Notes: generated by a model from the letters alone, not told the origin. 64,000 nucleotides of DNA from Kofleriaceae bacterium (GCA_036271215.1 DATBBB010000375.1:10464-74463), one strand, 5' to 3'; shown: positions 12,135-25,209, counted from the stretch's first letter. A program made the numbers and translations.

Positions 12135-12967
12135 GCCCCCCGATCGACGTCGCGATGACGCACGAGAATGTCCCAGGTCGAGCCGAGCCGGCGGCGCAGC
12201 TCCTCGACGATCACGACCGAGCGGTGGCGGCCGCCGGTACAACCGACGCAGATCGTGACGTACAGCTTGCCCTCCTTCTGAAACTGCGGCAGCGAGAACC
12301 GCAGGATACCCTCGACCTGACGCACCAACTCGAGGCCGTCGGGCCCCAGCACGTAGCTCGCGACCTCGGGATCGCGGCCGTCGAGGTGGGTCAAGGTCGG
12401 CTCGAAGTACGGGTTCGGCAGGAACCGGACGTCGAACACGTGGTTGAGCTCGATCGGCAGGCCGTGCTTGAACCCGAACGACACCAGGGTCACTGCGAGC
12501 TTGCCGGTGCCGCCGTAGCGCTCCTGGATGATCGACTTGAGCTGGTGCATGTTGAGGTGCGAGGTGTCGATCACCGCCGCACCCTGGCGCATCTCGGTCA
12601 TCACCTCGCGGTCGCGCCGCACGCCGTCGGTCAGATCGTCGCCGGACAGCGGGTGGCGGCGGCGGGTCTCGCTGAACCGGCGCAGCAGGACCTCGTCGCT
12701 CGCGTCGAGGTACATGACCTCGAGCCGGTGGCCGGCGCCGCGCAGCCGCGACAGCGCGGTCGACCACCCGGCGAGGTTGCGGCGCTGCCGCGAGTCGATC
12801 GCGATCGCGAGCTTGTCGCGGTCGCCCTCGTGCGCGAGGTGCTCGACCATCTGCGCGACCAGCGGCATCGGGATGTTGTCGACGCAGAAGAACTCGATGT
12901 CCTCGAGCGCGCGCAGCGCGGTGCTCTTGCCCGCACCCGACAACCCCGTGACGATCACGATCTGCAT
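12131..12967 (-). CDS. rapZ: RNase adapter / P-loop ATPase RapZ (YhbJ family)
   Basis: MQIVIVTGLSGAGKSTALRALEDIEFFCVDNIP carries a Walker A motif, and the C-terminal CTGGRHRSV motif is present. Confidence 0.92.
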   Translation of the reverse strand: MQIVIVTGLSGAGKSTALRALEDIEFFCVDNIPMPLVAQMVEHLAHEGDRDKLAIAIDSRQRRNLAGWSTALSRLRGAGHRLEVMYLDASDEVLLRRFSETRRRHPLSGDDLTDGVRRDREVMTEMRQGAAVIDTSHLNMHQLKSIIQERYGGTGKLAVTLVSFGFKHGLPIELNHVFDVRFLPNPYFEPTLTHLDGRDPEVASYVLGPDGLELVRQVEGILRFSLPQFQKEGKLYVTICVGCTGGRHRSVVIVEELRRRLGSTWDILVRHRDVDRGA

Positions 12968-13942
12968 CTACTCTACCGCGTCCGCCGGTACGTCGATGGT
13001 CGCCTCCGGGGCGTTCACCTCGTGGGCCCCCATCGCGCGGTGCAGCTGGTCGCGGAACGCGCGCGCCGAGTGCGTACCCTGGACCTTGAGCAGCTGGTTG
13101 CGCGCCGCGACCTCGATCAAGGTCGCGAGGTTACGGCCGGGGCGGACCGGCAGCTGGACGGCCGGCACCGCGACCTCGAGGATCCGATCGAACCGATCGT
13201 CGAACCCGAGGCGATCGTACTCCTCGCCTTCTGACCATTCGCGCAGCTCCACGACCAGCTCGATCTTCTTGGTATCGCGCACCGCCGAAACCCCAAACAG
13301 ATCTTTCACGTTAATGATGCCGATGCCGCGGATCTCCATGTGGTGGCCGATGATCCCGGTGCCGCGGCCGATCACCTGACCGCCCTGGCGCCGGACCTTG
13401 ATCACATCATCGGCGACCAGCCGGTGGCCGCGCACCACGAGGTCGAGCGCGGTCTCGCTCTTGCCGATCCCGCTCTTGCCGAGCAGCAACACGCCGATCC
13501 CGAGCACGTCCATCAGCACGCCGTGCATGTCGGTCGACGGCGCGAGCCGATCCGACATCCAGCCGGTCACCGCGGTGATGAAGTTGGCGGTCGACAGCTC
13601 CGACATCAGGACCGGGACGCCGCGCTGATCGGCGGCCACGACCAGCTCCTCGGGTGGATGCAGCCCGCGGCACACCACGATGCACGCCGGATCGCTCGCC
13701 ATCAGCGTGGTGATCCCGAGCTCGCGCGCCGCCGGGACATCGCGCAGGTATTCGATCTCGGTGCCGCCGAGCACGAGCACGCGACGCTCGTGCAACTGCT
13801 CGGCCCAGCCGGTGAGCGCGAGCCCCGGCTTCTGGATCCGCGGCACCGTCACGATGCGGTCGAGGCCCTGGCGTCCCGCAACGGCTAGCACCTCTAGCTC
13901 CGCGCGCTCGAGCAGCTCACCGACGGTGATCGCCGTCGACAT
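12968..13942 (-). CDS. hprK: HPr kinase/phosphorylase
   Basis: Contains LLLGKSGIGKSETALDLVVRGHRLVADD (P-loop plus HprK signature) and GRNLATLIEVAA. Confidence 0.92.
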   Translation of the reverse strand: MSTAITVGELLERAELEVLAVAGRQGLDRIVTVPRIQKPGLALTGWAEQLHERRVLVLGGTEIEYLRDVPAARELGITTLMASDPACIVVCRGLHPPEELVVAADQRGVPVLMSELSTANFITAVTGWMSDRLAPSTDMHGVLMDVLGIGVLLLGKSGIGKSETALDLVVRGHRLVADDVIKVRRQGGQVIGRGTGIIGHHMEIRGIGIINVKDLFGVSAVRDTKKIELVVELREWSEGEEYDRLGFDDRFDRILEVAVPAVQLPVRPGRNLATLIEVAARNQLLKVQGTHSARAFRDQLHRAMGAHEVNAPEATIDVPADAVE

Positions 13943-14404
13943 TCAGTACTTGGCGTCCTCGTCGGCAACCACGGAGTACATCGAGTCACCGTCGGGCGCC
14001 GCGAGTAACCGGCGACGGAACTCGGGGTCCTTGAACACGCGGCTGATCCGCGCGAGCGCCTTCAAGTGCGCGCCCGTCGAGGATTCCGGCGCGACCAGCA
14101 CGAAGAACAGGAACGTCGGCTGGCCGTCCATCGAGTCGAAGTCGACGCCGCCCGGCGCGCGCCCCAGGCAGGCGACGATCTCGCCGACCGCACCGAGCTT
14201 GCCGTGCGGGATCGCGACGCCCTCGCCGATCGCCGTCGAGGCGAGCTGCTCGCGCTCGATCAGCACGCGCGACAGGGTCGCTCGGTCGATGCGCGGATGG
14301 CGCCCCGACATGTACTGGGCGAGCTCCTCGAGGATGCCCCGCTTTTCCGTCGCCTGCAGCGCAGGAACGACCATGTCGCGCCGGATGAGGTCGACGATCT
14401 TCAT
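13943..14404 (-). CDS. ptsN: PTS IIA-like nitrogen regulatory protein (EIIA-Ntr)
   Basis: Trimmed to ATG 14404 (MKIVDLIRRDMVV). Contains the STAIGEGVAIPHGK phospho-His motif and FFVLVAP. Confidence 0.88.
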   Translation of the reverse strand: MKIVDLIRRDMVVPALQATEKRGILEELAQYMSGRHPRIDRATLSRVLIEREQLASTAIGEGVAIPHGKLGAVGEIVACLGRAPGGVDFDSMDGQPTFLFFVLVAPESSTGAHLKALARISRVFKDPEFRRRLLAAPDGDSMYSVVADEDAKY

Positions 14405-14432
14405 CAGTCGCTCATGAACGTACCACTTTTCG

Positions 14433-15038
14433 CTAGGCCGCGGATGAGGCGGCCGACGCAGTCTCGATGAGGCCGTAGCTGCCGTCCTCACGCTTGTAGA
14501 CCACGGCGACGTGGCCGTCGGTGTCGCGGCAGAACACCAGAAACGGCTCGTGCATCAGGTTCAGCTGTACAATCGCGTCGGATACCGACAGCGGCTGGGC
14601 ATGGAACTTCTCGGTCTTGACGACCTGGAACTCCGGGTGCGGGCCGGCGTCATGGTGGTCCTGAACCGGCGGCGTGGCCTCGCCGTCGAACGCCTCGGAG
14701 ACGATCGAGTGCGACCACGGCTGGGCGACCACGTGGTGCGGCCGGGCGCGCATGCCCTCGAGCTTGCCCTTGTACTTGCGGACCTGGCGCTCGATCTTGG
14801 CGATGCAGAGGTCGATCGAGCTGTACATGTTCTCGGTGATCTCGTGGCCCGAGACCGCGAGGCCGTTGTGCAGCTGGAAGGTGACGTCGATGCGATGGTT
14901 GTGACGTTCGGTACTGAGGACCACGTGACACGAGATCGGATCGGGCAGGTACTTGCGGACTCGCTCCATTCGCTCGCGCGCGTACGACTTCAGGGCTTCG
15001 GTCGGTTCCATATGCCGGAACGTCACCGCGAATTGCAT
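14433..15038 (-). CDS. hpf: Ribosome hibernation promoting factor, long form
   Basis: Starts MQFAVTFRHMEPTEALKSYARERMERVRKY and carries the C-terminal dimerisation domain PLSVSDAIVQLNLMHEPFLVF. A GGAGAG RBS lies upstream of ATG 15038. Confidence 0.9.
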   Translation of the reverse strand: MQFAVTFRHMEPTEALKSYARERMERVRKYLPDPISCHVVLSTERHNHRIDVTFQLHNGLAVSGHEITENMYSSIDLCIAKIERQVRKYKGKLEGMRARPHHVVAQPWSHSIVSEAFDGEATPPVQDHHDAGPHPEFQVVKTEKFHAQPLSVSDAIVQLNLMHEPFLVFCRDTDGHVAVVYKREDGSYGLIETASAASSAA

Positions 15039-15181
15039 CGAGCTCTCTCCAGGGTGGTGTGGAGCGAGCATACCCCTGCCCCGCGGCCTCGATCATCGAT
15101 CGTCGACGGGATTTATCGAGCGCGGCGGGAATTGTACAGCAAGCCCGAGCGCCGTGGGTGCGGGGGTGAGCGCCTGGTGCG

Positions 15182-16675
15182 CTAAAAAACTTGCTTGCGC
15201 TTGCTGGACGACAGGATGCCGAGCTGTTCGCGATACTTCGCCACGGTGCGGCGGGCGATATCGATGCCGCCCTTCTTGAGCAGCTCGACGATCTTCTGGT
15301 CGCTATGAGGACGCTTGACGTCCTCGCTGTCGACCAGCTCCTTGATCTTCGACTTCACGGCCTGCGACGCGAGGTCTTCGCCGTTGGTTCGTGAGATGCC
15401 GCTATTGAAGAAGAACTTCAGCTCGAAGATGCCCTGTGGGGTGTGGACGTACTTCGAGGTCGTCACGCGCGACACCGTCGACTCGTGCATGCCGATGTCC
15501 TCGGCGACATCGCGCAAGATCAGCGGCTTCAGGTGGGCGATGCCCTTGTCGAAGAACTCGCGCTGGAACTTCAGGATCGACTCGGCGACCTTGATGATCG
15601 TGCGCTGGCGCTGCTGGATCGACCGGATCAGCCACTGCGCCGAGCGCAGCTTGTCCTGGACGTAGTCCTTGGACGCCGTCGAGTTGCCCATCGCGTTCTT
15701 GTAGAACCCGCTGATCTTCAGCTTGGGCAGGCCGTCGTCGTTGGGGACGACGAAGTACTTGTCGCCGACCTTGTGGATGTAGACGTCGGGCGTGACGTAG
15801 TGCGGGTCGTCCGAGGAGTACTGCCGGCCGGGCCGCGGGTCGAACTCCATGATGACCTTGGCGGCCTCATAGATCTCCTCGAGCGGCTGCTTCAGGTCGC
15901 GCGCGATCGCGGCGTAATTCTTCTTCTCGAGGTTGCCGAGGTGGCTCTTGATCATCTTCACGCACAGGTCGTCGTCCTGACCTGCGGCGACGCACTGGAT
16001 CAACATGCACTCGGCGAGCGACCGGGCGCCGACGCCGGTCGGATCGAACGTCTGGATCCGTTCGAGCACCTGCTCGCACAGCACCGGATCGGCCCCGAGG
16101 TCGGCGGCGATCTCGTCGATCGGCGGATCCTTGATGTAGCCGTCGGCGTCGATGTTGCCGAGGATCGTCATGCCGATCTCGAGCTGGTCGAGCGGCAGGT
16201 TGGTCATCTTGAGCTGCCACGCGAGGTGATCGTGCAGGCTCGGCGGCTTGGTCAGCGTGGCTTCGAGCGACGGCATCTCCTCGCCGTCGCCGCGGAACGC
16301 CGGCATCGCCGGCGCCATCGAGTAATTGTCGAGGTAGTTCTCCCAGTCGATCTCGTTGACCGCGCTGGCGTCGCCCTTGATCTCGGTCTGGGCGACCCCG
16401 TCCACCACCGAGCCCTCCATCGGGGTCTCGGTCGACCCTGCCCCTTCGAGCTGGTGGAGTTGCTGCTCGTCGCCCCCCATCTCGTCGCGCTCGCGCGAGC
16501 GCTCCTGATCGAGATCCATCTCGTCGTCGAGGATGGGGTTCTCGAGCATCTCCTCGTGCACGAGGTCTGCCAGCTCCATGCGAGACAGCTGCAGGAGCCG
16601 GATCGCCTGTTGCAGCTGGGGGGTCATCACCAGCTGCTGCGAGAGCTTCAGCTCTTGGCGCATTTCCATGGCCAT
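15182..16675 (-). CDS. rpoN: RNA polymerase sigma-54 factor
   Basis: Region I reads MAMEMRQELKLSQQLVMTPQLQQAIRLLQLS. The HTH and the RpoN box ARRTVAKYRE lie at the C-terminus. An AAGGAG RBS is present. Confidence 0.95.
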   Translation of the reverse strand: MAMEMRQELKLSQQLVMTPQLQQAIRLLQLSRMELADLVHEEMLENPILDDEMDLDQERSRERDEMGGDEQQLHQLEGAGSTETPMEGSVVDGVAQTEIKGDASAVNEIDWENYLDNYSMAPAMPAFRGDGEEMPSLEATLTKPPSLHDHLAWQLKMTNLPLDQLEIGMTILGNIDADGYIKDPPIDEIAADLGADPVLCEQVLERIQTFDPTGVGARSLAECMLIQCVAAGQDDDLCVKMIKSHLGNLEKKNYAAIARDLKQPLEEIYEAAKVIMEFDPRPGRQYSSDDPHYVTPDVYIHKVGDKYFVVPNDDGLPKLKISGFYKNAMGNSTASKDYVQDKLRSAQWLIRSIQQRQRTIIKVAESILKFQREFFDKGIAHLKPLILRDVAEDIGMHESTVSRVTTSKYVHTPQGIFELKFFFNSGISRTNGEDLASQAVKSKIKELVDSEDVKRPHSDQKIVELLKKGGIDIARRTVAKYREQLGILSSSKRKQVF

Positions 16676-17053
16676 CAGAAACTCCTTGTGTATTTTAGAG
16701 GGGTTAGTATGGCCGTAGGACTACGGGCCGCCACTGCCGTCCAAGCTGGTACGACGCTTGAATCAAGACTACTTCGTGTGCGATGAATTGTAAAGGCTCG
16801 ATGGCCCGGCTCTTGCTTTAGCCTAACGATGTCCTGACACTGCGACTGACCATTCGACCAGCGCGCGTTCCTGGAGTGACATCCGATCAGGTCGATCAGG
16901 TCACCAAAGCTCTACATATGTAGGCGTGCCGCGGCACGACAGATCCGATACGGAGCTCGTGCCGGAACGGACCGTTACTGGCTGTCGGTACCGCGAGTGG
17001 TCCAACCAGCCGGCTGCGGGATCTACCGGCCCCTCGGATCCGGTTGGATCCGC

Positions 17054-18889
<1,836 letters not shown>

Positions 18890-20446
18890 CTACCGCAGCT
18901 GGCGGCGCCAGCCCGAGATCTCGGCGGTCGGGGCGCCGGGCGCCGGGTGGCCGGCGGGTGGTGCGCCGGACCGAGACCCGCCCGGCCCACCGGCCCCGCC
19001 GGCCCCGCCGGCGTCGAGCGCGACCGCGATGATCGCGGCGAGCAGCGCATCGGGCGCGGCGCGCGGCGCGAGCTCGGCGGCGTGGCGGCCGATGACGCCG
19101 GTATCGTAGTCGCCGGCGGCGAACGCCGGCTGGCGCACGCAGCGCCGGTGGAACGCGAGGTTGGTCTCGATGCCGCGGACCTGGTACTCGTCGAGCGCGC
19201 GCTGCATCCGGGCCAGCGCCCGCGCGCGATCCTCGCCCCACACCACGAGCTTTCCGATCATAGGATCGTAGTGCACGGGGATCTCGGCGCCCTCGTAGCA
19301 GCCCGAGTCGTTGCGGACGTACGGCCCGTCGGGCACCCGCAGGTGCGTGATCTTGCCCGGCGACGGCAGGAACTTCACCGGATCCTCGGCGTAGATCCGG
19401 CACTCGACCGCGTGGCCGCGGCGGCGCGCGTCGAGCTCGTGCTGGGTCAGCGGCAGCGGCCGGCCCTCGGCGACGTCGAGCTGCCAGCTGACCAGATCGA
19501 GGCCGTAGATCAGCTCGGTCACCGGGTGCTCGACCTGGAGCCGGGTGTTCATCTCGAGGAAGTAGACCCCGCCGTCGGCGCCGAGCAGGAACTCGCAGGT
19601 CCCGGCGCCGACGTAGGCGACCGCGCCCGCGGCGGCGATCGCGGCGGCCCCCATCCGCGCCCGCAGCTCGGGCGACACCACCGGCGACGGCGCCTCCTCG
19701 ATGACCTTCTGGTGGCGGCGCTGGATCGAGCAGTCGCGCTCGCCGAGGTGGACGATGTTGCCGTGCTGATCGCCGAACACCTGGATCTCGATGTGGCGCG
19801 GTCGATCGATCGCCTTCTCGAGATAGACCGTGCCGTCGCCGAACGCGGACGTCGCCTCGCGGCGGGCGCCCTCGAACGCGGCGGCGAGCTCGGCCTCGGC
19901 CGCCACCAGCCGCATGCCCTTGCCGCCGCCGCCGGCCGCGGCCTTGATGAGGACCGGAAAGCCGATCTGGCGGGCGGCGATCACCGCCAGCTCGGCGCTC
20001 GGGAACCCGTCACCGGTCGGGCCATTGTCGCCCGGGACCACCGGGGTGCCGGCCGCTGACACGGTCTTTCTCGCCTCGGTCTTGCTGCCCATCTTGCGCA
20101 TCGCGTCCGCGGACGGCCCGATGAAGGTGATCCCGGCCGCCCCGCAGGCCTCGGCGAAGTCTTCGTTCTCCGAAAGAAATCCATAACCTGGGTGGACGGC
20201 GTCGGCGCCGGTCTGGCGGCAGGCGTCCAGGATCTTGTCGATCACCAGGTAGCTCTGGGCGGCGGGAGCCGGGCCGATCTCGACCGCGTAGTCCGCGATC
20301 TGAACGTGAGGTGCGAGACGATCTACATCGCTATAGACGGCGACGGTCTCGATGCCGCGCTCCTTGCAAGTCCGCATCACCCGGACGGCGATCTCTCCTC
20401 GGTTGGCAACCAGGACGCGACGGATCGACCGGATCGGCAGTGACAT
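18890..20446 (-). CDS. accC: Biotin carboxylase (acetyl/acyl-CoA carboxylase BC subunit) with a Gly/Pro-rich C-terminal tail and no biotinyl domain
   Basis: Contains RRVLVANRGEIAVRV, AAAGGGGKGMRLV and EMNTRLQVEHPVTE. Trimmed to ATG 20446. No AMKM biotinylation motif was seen. Confidence 0.9.
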   Translation of the reverse strand: MSLPIRSIRRVLVANRGEIAVRVMRTCKERGIETVAVYSDVDRLAPHVQIADYAVEIGPAPAAQSYLVIDKILDACRQTGADAVHPGYGFLSENEDFAEACGAAGITFIGPSADAMRKMGSKTEARKTVSAAGTPVVPGDNGPTGDGFPSAELAVIAARQIGFPVLIKAAAGGGGKGMRLVAAEAELAAAFEGARREATSAFGDGTVYLEKAIDRPRHIEIQVFGDQHGNIVHLGERDCSIQRRHQKVIEEAPSPVVSPELRARMGAAAIAAAGAVAYVGAGTCEFLLGADGGVYFLEMNTRLQVEHPVTELIYGLDLVSWQLDVAEGRPLPLTQHELDARRRGHAVECRIYAEDPVKFLPSPGKITHLRVPDGPYVRNDSGCYEGAEIPVHYDPMIGKLVVWGEDRARALARMQRALDEYQVRGIETNLAFHRRCVRQPAFAAGDYDTGVIGRHAAELAPRAAPDALLAAIIAVALDAGGAGGAGGPGGSRSGAPPAGHPAPGAPTAEISGWRRQLR

Positions 20447-20539
20447 CGGCCGTGGGACAATACACAAAACGGTGGTCGCGTTGCATTGCGTACGTGGTCG
20501 CCCTAGAATCGAGCCAAATCGACGTCTTGCGCTGGCGCG

Positions 20540-22633
20540 ATGAGGCGCCGAGGCGGCCGGCGATTGCGGAGATTTTGCTTGGTCGATCCAAATACCCGAC
20601 AAGGGAAACGCACTCCGGTCACGCTCAAGATCAAGTTCAAGAGCGAGACCCTCGAGCAGTTCATCGAGCGCTATGCGGTCGATGTAAGCCAGGGCGGCAT
20701 CTTTATCCGGACCAAAGAACCGCTCGCGGTCGGGACGCAGATGAAGTTCGAATTCCAGCTACGCGATGCTTCCCCGCTGATCGCGGGCGAGGGCACCGTC
20801 GTATGGACGCGTGAGAATGATCCGAGCCGTCCGGCGATCGCGCCGGGCATGGGCGTCCGGTTCGAGCGGCTCGCCGATGGCAGCCAGGGCATTCTCGAGC
20901 GCATCCTCACCGAGAAAGCGAAGCAGGCGCCCCAGCGCCCATCGAACGACACGGCGAAGCCGCCGATGTTCACCGACACGCCGACCCGGGTCGCACCGGC
21001 ACCGGTGCAGGAGGCGCTGCTCGGCAGGGACAGCCGGTCGCGGCGCTCGAGCGACGAGCCGCAGAGCGACTCGCACACGCCGCTGCCCAAGCCGATGCCG
21101 TTCCACTCCGACGCCGACGAGTTTCCGGACGAGGCGTTCGAGGAGGCCACCAAGGTCCGCGCGCTCGACGAGCTGATCGCGCAGACCGCGGAGGGCGGCT
21201 CGAGCTCGGCGCTGGGCGCGGCGGCCAACGGCGCCCCGGTGGACGATCTGATCACCCGGCGCAACGGCCGGGTCGATCCGCCGGTCGAGCCGGCGAGCGA
21301 GCGGCTCGAGAACGCGCGCGCCGCGCTCGAGGTGCAGGAAGCGCCCGGGCTGCCGAGCCCGCCGGAGCCGATGAGCCGGCCGCTGCCCAAGCTGCTCGAT
21401 ACCTCGCCGTCGCCGCGCAACGAAGCGGCGCAGCCGGGGTTCGTGTCCGAGTCGATGGCGCGGACCCGGATCGGCGTCGGCGTCGAGCCGGCGCGCAGCC
21501 GATCGAACACGCCCGCTCCGAGCCCGATCCCCGCCGAGGCGCCGCCGCTGCCGGCGGGGGTCCGCGCGGTCGCGGCCGAGACCACCGAGCCGGCGCGGAT
21601 GCCGCCGATCCAGAGTCGGAGCATCGCGCCGATCGCGATCCTGATCCTGCTGTTGATCGCCGCCGGTGGTGCCGCGGTGTGGTTCTTCGTGCTCCGGCCG
21701 CAGGCGGCCGTGCACACCGATCCCGGTCCCGGCTCGCAGGGCTCGGTCGCGCAGAACGGCCCGGCGGGTGTCGGGTCGGCCGGATCGGCAGGACCGGCCG
21801 CAACGAACGTCGGCTCGGCCGCTATGGGCACTGGGCCTGGGCCCGGATCCAGCGGATCCGCGGCGGTCCCGGCCACGGCCGGCAGCAACGCGCCCAAGGC
21901 CGAGCTGGTCGACACCGTGATCGGCGCGAGCGCCGATGGCTCGACGGTCGAGATCGTCGGCACCGGCCAGTCGGGCCCGGCGCCGCTCACCGCCAAGCTC
22001 GAGAAAGGCAAGCCGTACAAGGCGCGGATCACCGCGCACGGCTTCGCCTCGCTCGAGCTCGACATCAAGGGCGGCGACGACAAGCAGATCGCCAAGCTGG
22101 TCGCCAAGCCGCGGATGATCGCGGTCGAGAGTGATCCGACGGGCGCGCTGATCTGGATCGACAACAGCTCGACCGGCCACTCGACGCCGGCCGAGATCGA
22201 GCTGACCGCGGCGCAGGCCGCCAAGAAGTCGGTCCACGTCCAGCTCCGCAAGAGCGGCTACAAGACGATCGACCGCGTGGTCGATCTCGGCAAGCTCACC
22301 GAGGACGACACCAAGCTGGGGACCAAGCTCGAGGAGAAGCTGTCGGTGCAGACCGTCCCGACCGGCGGCGGGACCCACACCGGCGGCAACACCGGATCGG
22401 CGAAGAACCCGGGCACCGGCTCCGATGGCGACAGCGGCTCGACGACCGAACCGGTCCCGGCGGGATCTGGTGCGGCCCCGACCCCGCCGCCTGATCCGAA
22501 CCCGGCGGGCTCCGGCGGTGGTGGCGGCGGCGCAGCCGGCGGTGGTGGCGGCGCGGCCGGTGGTGGCGGTGGCGCAGCCGGTGGCGGCGGTGGCTCGGCC
22601 GAGCCCGAGCCCGACTTCAACAAGAAGCCGTAA
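20540..22633 (+). CDS. PilZ-like (myxobacterial TIGR02266-type) N-terminal domain, TM segment, PEGA-like domains and a (GGGGGAA)n tail
   Basis: The N-terminus VTLKIKFKSETLEQFIERYAVDVSQGGIFIRT...GMGVRFE is PilZ-like. A TM segment IAPIAILILLLIAAGGAAVWFFVL follows. ESDPTGALIWIDNSSTGHSTPAEIEL is PEGA-like. An alternative TTG start at 20579 has GGAG 7 nt upstream. Confidence 0.7.
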   Translation: MRRRGGRRLRRFCLVDPNTRQGKRTPVTLKIKFKSETLEQFIERYAVDVSQGGIFIRTKEPLAVGTQMKFEFQLRDASPLIAGEGTVVWTRENDPSRPAIAPGMGVRFERLADGSQGILERILTEKAKQAPQRPSNDTAKPPMFTDTPTRVAPAPVQEALLGRDSRSRRSSDEPQSDSHTPLPKPMPFHSDADEFPDEAFEEATKVRALDELIAQTAEGGSSSALGAAANGAPVDDLITRRNGRVDPPVEPASERLENARAALEVQEAPGLPSPPEPMSRPLPKLLDTSPSPRNEAAQPGFVSESMARTRIGVGVEPARSRSNTPAPSPIPAEAPPLPAGVRAVAAETTEPARMPPIQSRSIAPIAILILLLIAAGGAAVWFFVLRPQAAVHTDPGPGSQGSVAQNGPAGVGSAGSAGPAATNVGSAAMGTGPGPGSSGSAAVPATAGSNAPKAELVDTVIGASADGSTVEIVGTGQSGPAPLTAKLEKGKPYKARITAHGFASLELDIKGGDDKQIAKLVAKPRMIAVESDPTGALIWIDNSSTGHSTPAEIELTAAQAAKKSVHVQLRKSGYKTIDRVVDLGKLTEDDTKLGTKLEEKLSVQTVPTGGGTHTGGNTGSAKNPGTGSDGDSGSTTEPVPAGSGAAPTPPPDPNPAGSGGGGGGAAGGGGGAAGGGGGAAGGGGGSAEPEPDFNKKP

Positions 22634-22684
22634 GCGGCTCAGCCCGACCAGCGCCGGCGGCTCAGCCCGACCAGCGCCGGCGGC

Positions 22685-22692
<8 letters not shown>
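22634..22692. repeat. 23-bp tandem repeat x2.6 (gcggctcagcccgaccagcgccg)
   Basis: Direct reading gives copies at 22634-22656, 22657-22679 and a partial one at 22680-22692. The last copy contains the stop codon and C-terminus of the VWA gene. Confidence 0.8.
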
Positions 22693-23908
<1,216 letters not shown>

Positions 23909-23951
23909 AGAGGGGGCCTACCCGCCGACTGGCGGCTGGACCGGCAAGCCA

Positions 23952-24785
23952 TCATGCCTTGGCTCGCTTGCCGACCAGCTCGACGTCCTGCTCGGTCTTG
24001 AGCAGCGTGCCCAGGAACGGGATGCCGCCCGACACCCGCGACAGATCGACGCCGGCCTTCTTGAGCGCGCAGATCCAGTCGATCAGCTCCGAGGTCGACG
24101 GCTTCTTGCGCAGCCGCGGGGTCGAGCGCAGGCCGAAGAAGACTTCCAGCGCGTTGTCGAGCACCCGGTCGGTGATGTCGGGGTGGTGGACCCGCACGAT
24201 CTCGGTCATCAGCTCGCGGCTCGGGAACTGGATGTAGTGGAACACGCAGCGGCGCAGGAACGCGTCCGGCAGCTCCTTCTCGTTGTTCGACGTGATGATG
24301 ACGATCGGCCGCTCGGCGGCGGCGATCTCGCGGCCGGTCTCGTCGATCCGGAACTTCATCGCGTCGAGCTCGTGCAGCAGATCGTTGGGGAACTCGAGGT
24401 CGGCCTTGTCGATCTCGTCGATCAGCAGCACCACGCGCGACGGCGCCGCGAGCGCCTCGCCGAGCGAGCCGAGCTTGATGTACTTCGCGATGTCGCGGAC
24501 GTTGGCGCCGTCGGTGCCACCGAACCGGCTGTCGTGGAGCCGCGCCACGGTGTCGTAGACGTAGAGCCCATCCTTGGCCTTGGTCGTCGACTTGACGTGC
24601 CAGCGGATCAGCGGCAAGCCGAGCGCGGCCGCGAGGTTCTCGGCGAGCAAGGTCTTGCCGGTGCCGGGCTCGCCGCGCACCAGCAACGGCCGGGCGAGCG
24701 CGACGGCGACGTTCACCGCGTGGCGCAGCTCCTCGGACGCGATGTAGCTGGCCGTGCCCTGAAACTGATCGAAGACGTCGGACAT
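23952..24785 (-). CDS. MoxR-like AAA+ ATPase (CoxD-like)
   Basis: Walker A is GEPGTGKT and Walker B is VLLIDEIDKAD. The size of about 277 aa is typical of the family. Confidence 0.88.
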   Translation of the reverse strand: MSDVFDQFQGTASYIASEELRHAVNVAVALARPLLVRGEPGTGKTLLAENLAAALGLPLIRWHVKSTTKAKDGLYVYDTVARLHDSRFGGTDGANVRDIAKYIKLGSLGEALAAPSRVVLLIDEIDKADLEFPNDLLHELDAMKFRIDETGREIAAAERPIVIITSNNEKELPDAFLRRCVFHYIQFPSRELMTEIVRVHHPDITDRVLDNALEVFFGLRSTPRLRKKPSTSELIDWICALKKAGVDLSRVSGGIPFLGTLLKTEQDVELVGKRAKA

Positions 24786-24903
24786 TGACCCGACCTTAGC
24801 GTATTTCGTGCAAACGGTCAGCCCTGACTGTCTGTGGCCGGCAGCCCCGGCGAGCTCCCGCCGAGCTCCAGTGACCCGCCGCCGCCCGGGGCAAACCCGG
24901 ACG

Positions 24904-25173
24904 CTACCGGCCCTTGCGGCCCTGCACGAAGCCGTCGGCCACGCCGTACAGCCAGGTCGCGCCGTAGATCAGGCCCGCGACCGAGCCGATCACCGGGATC
25001 ACGCCGAGGAAGCTCGCGCCGGAGATCGCGGCGACCACGAACACGCCGATCGCCTTGTCGGTCTGGCCGTTGATCAGCTGCCCGACCCCGGGGACGATCG
25101 CGCTGCACACCGCCGGCACGATGCCACTCCCACCCTCGCCCTTGCCGCTCGTCTTGACCAGCGCGTTGCTCAT
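24904..25173 (-). CDS. Small membrane protein (two predicted TM helices)
   Basis: Contains IVPAVCSAIVPGVGQLINGQTDKAIGVFVVAAISGASFLGVIPVIGSVAGLIYG. Coding GC3 is good. No family could be assigned. Confidence 0.5.
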   Translation of the reverse strand: MSNALVKTSGKGEGGSGIVPAVCSAIVPGVGQLINGQTDKAIGVFVVAAISGASFLGVIPVIGSVAGLIYGATWLYGVADGFVQGRKGR

Positions 25174-25209
25174 CGGTTGGTTATGACACGCCGGCGCGGC
25201 CGGCCAACC

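Noticed and set aside
7229-12258. Long plus-strand ORFs 7229..10111 and 10378..12258
   Set aside because: They are antisense to the OM fusion protein, ptsI and ptsH. Their composition is dominated by R/A/V/D/G and they have no recognisable domains.
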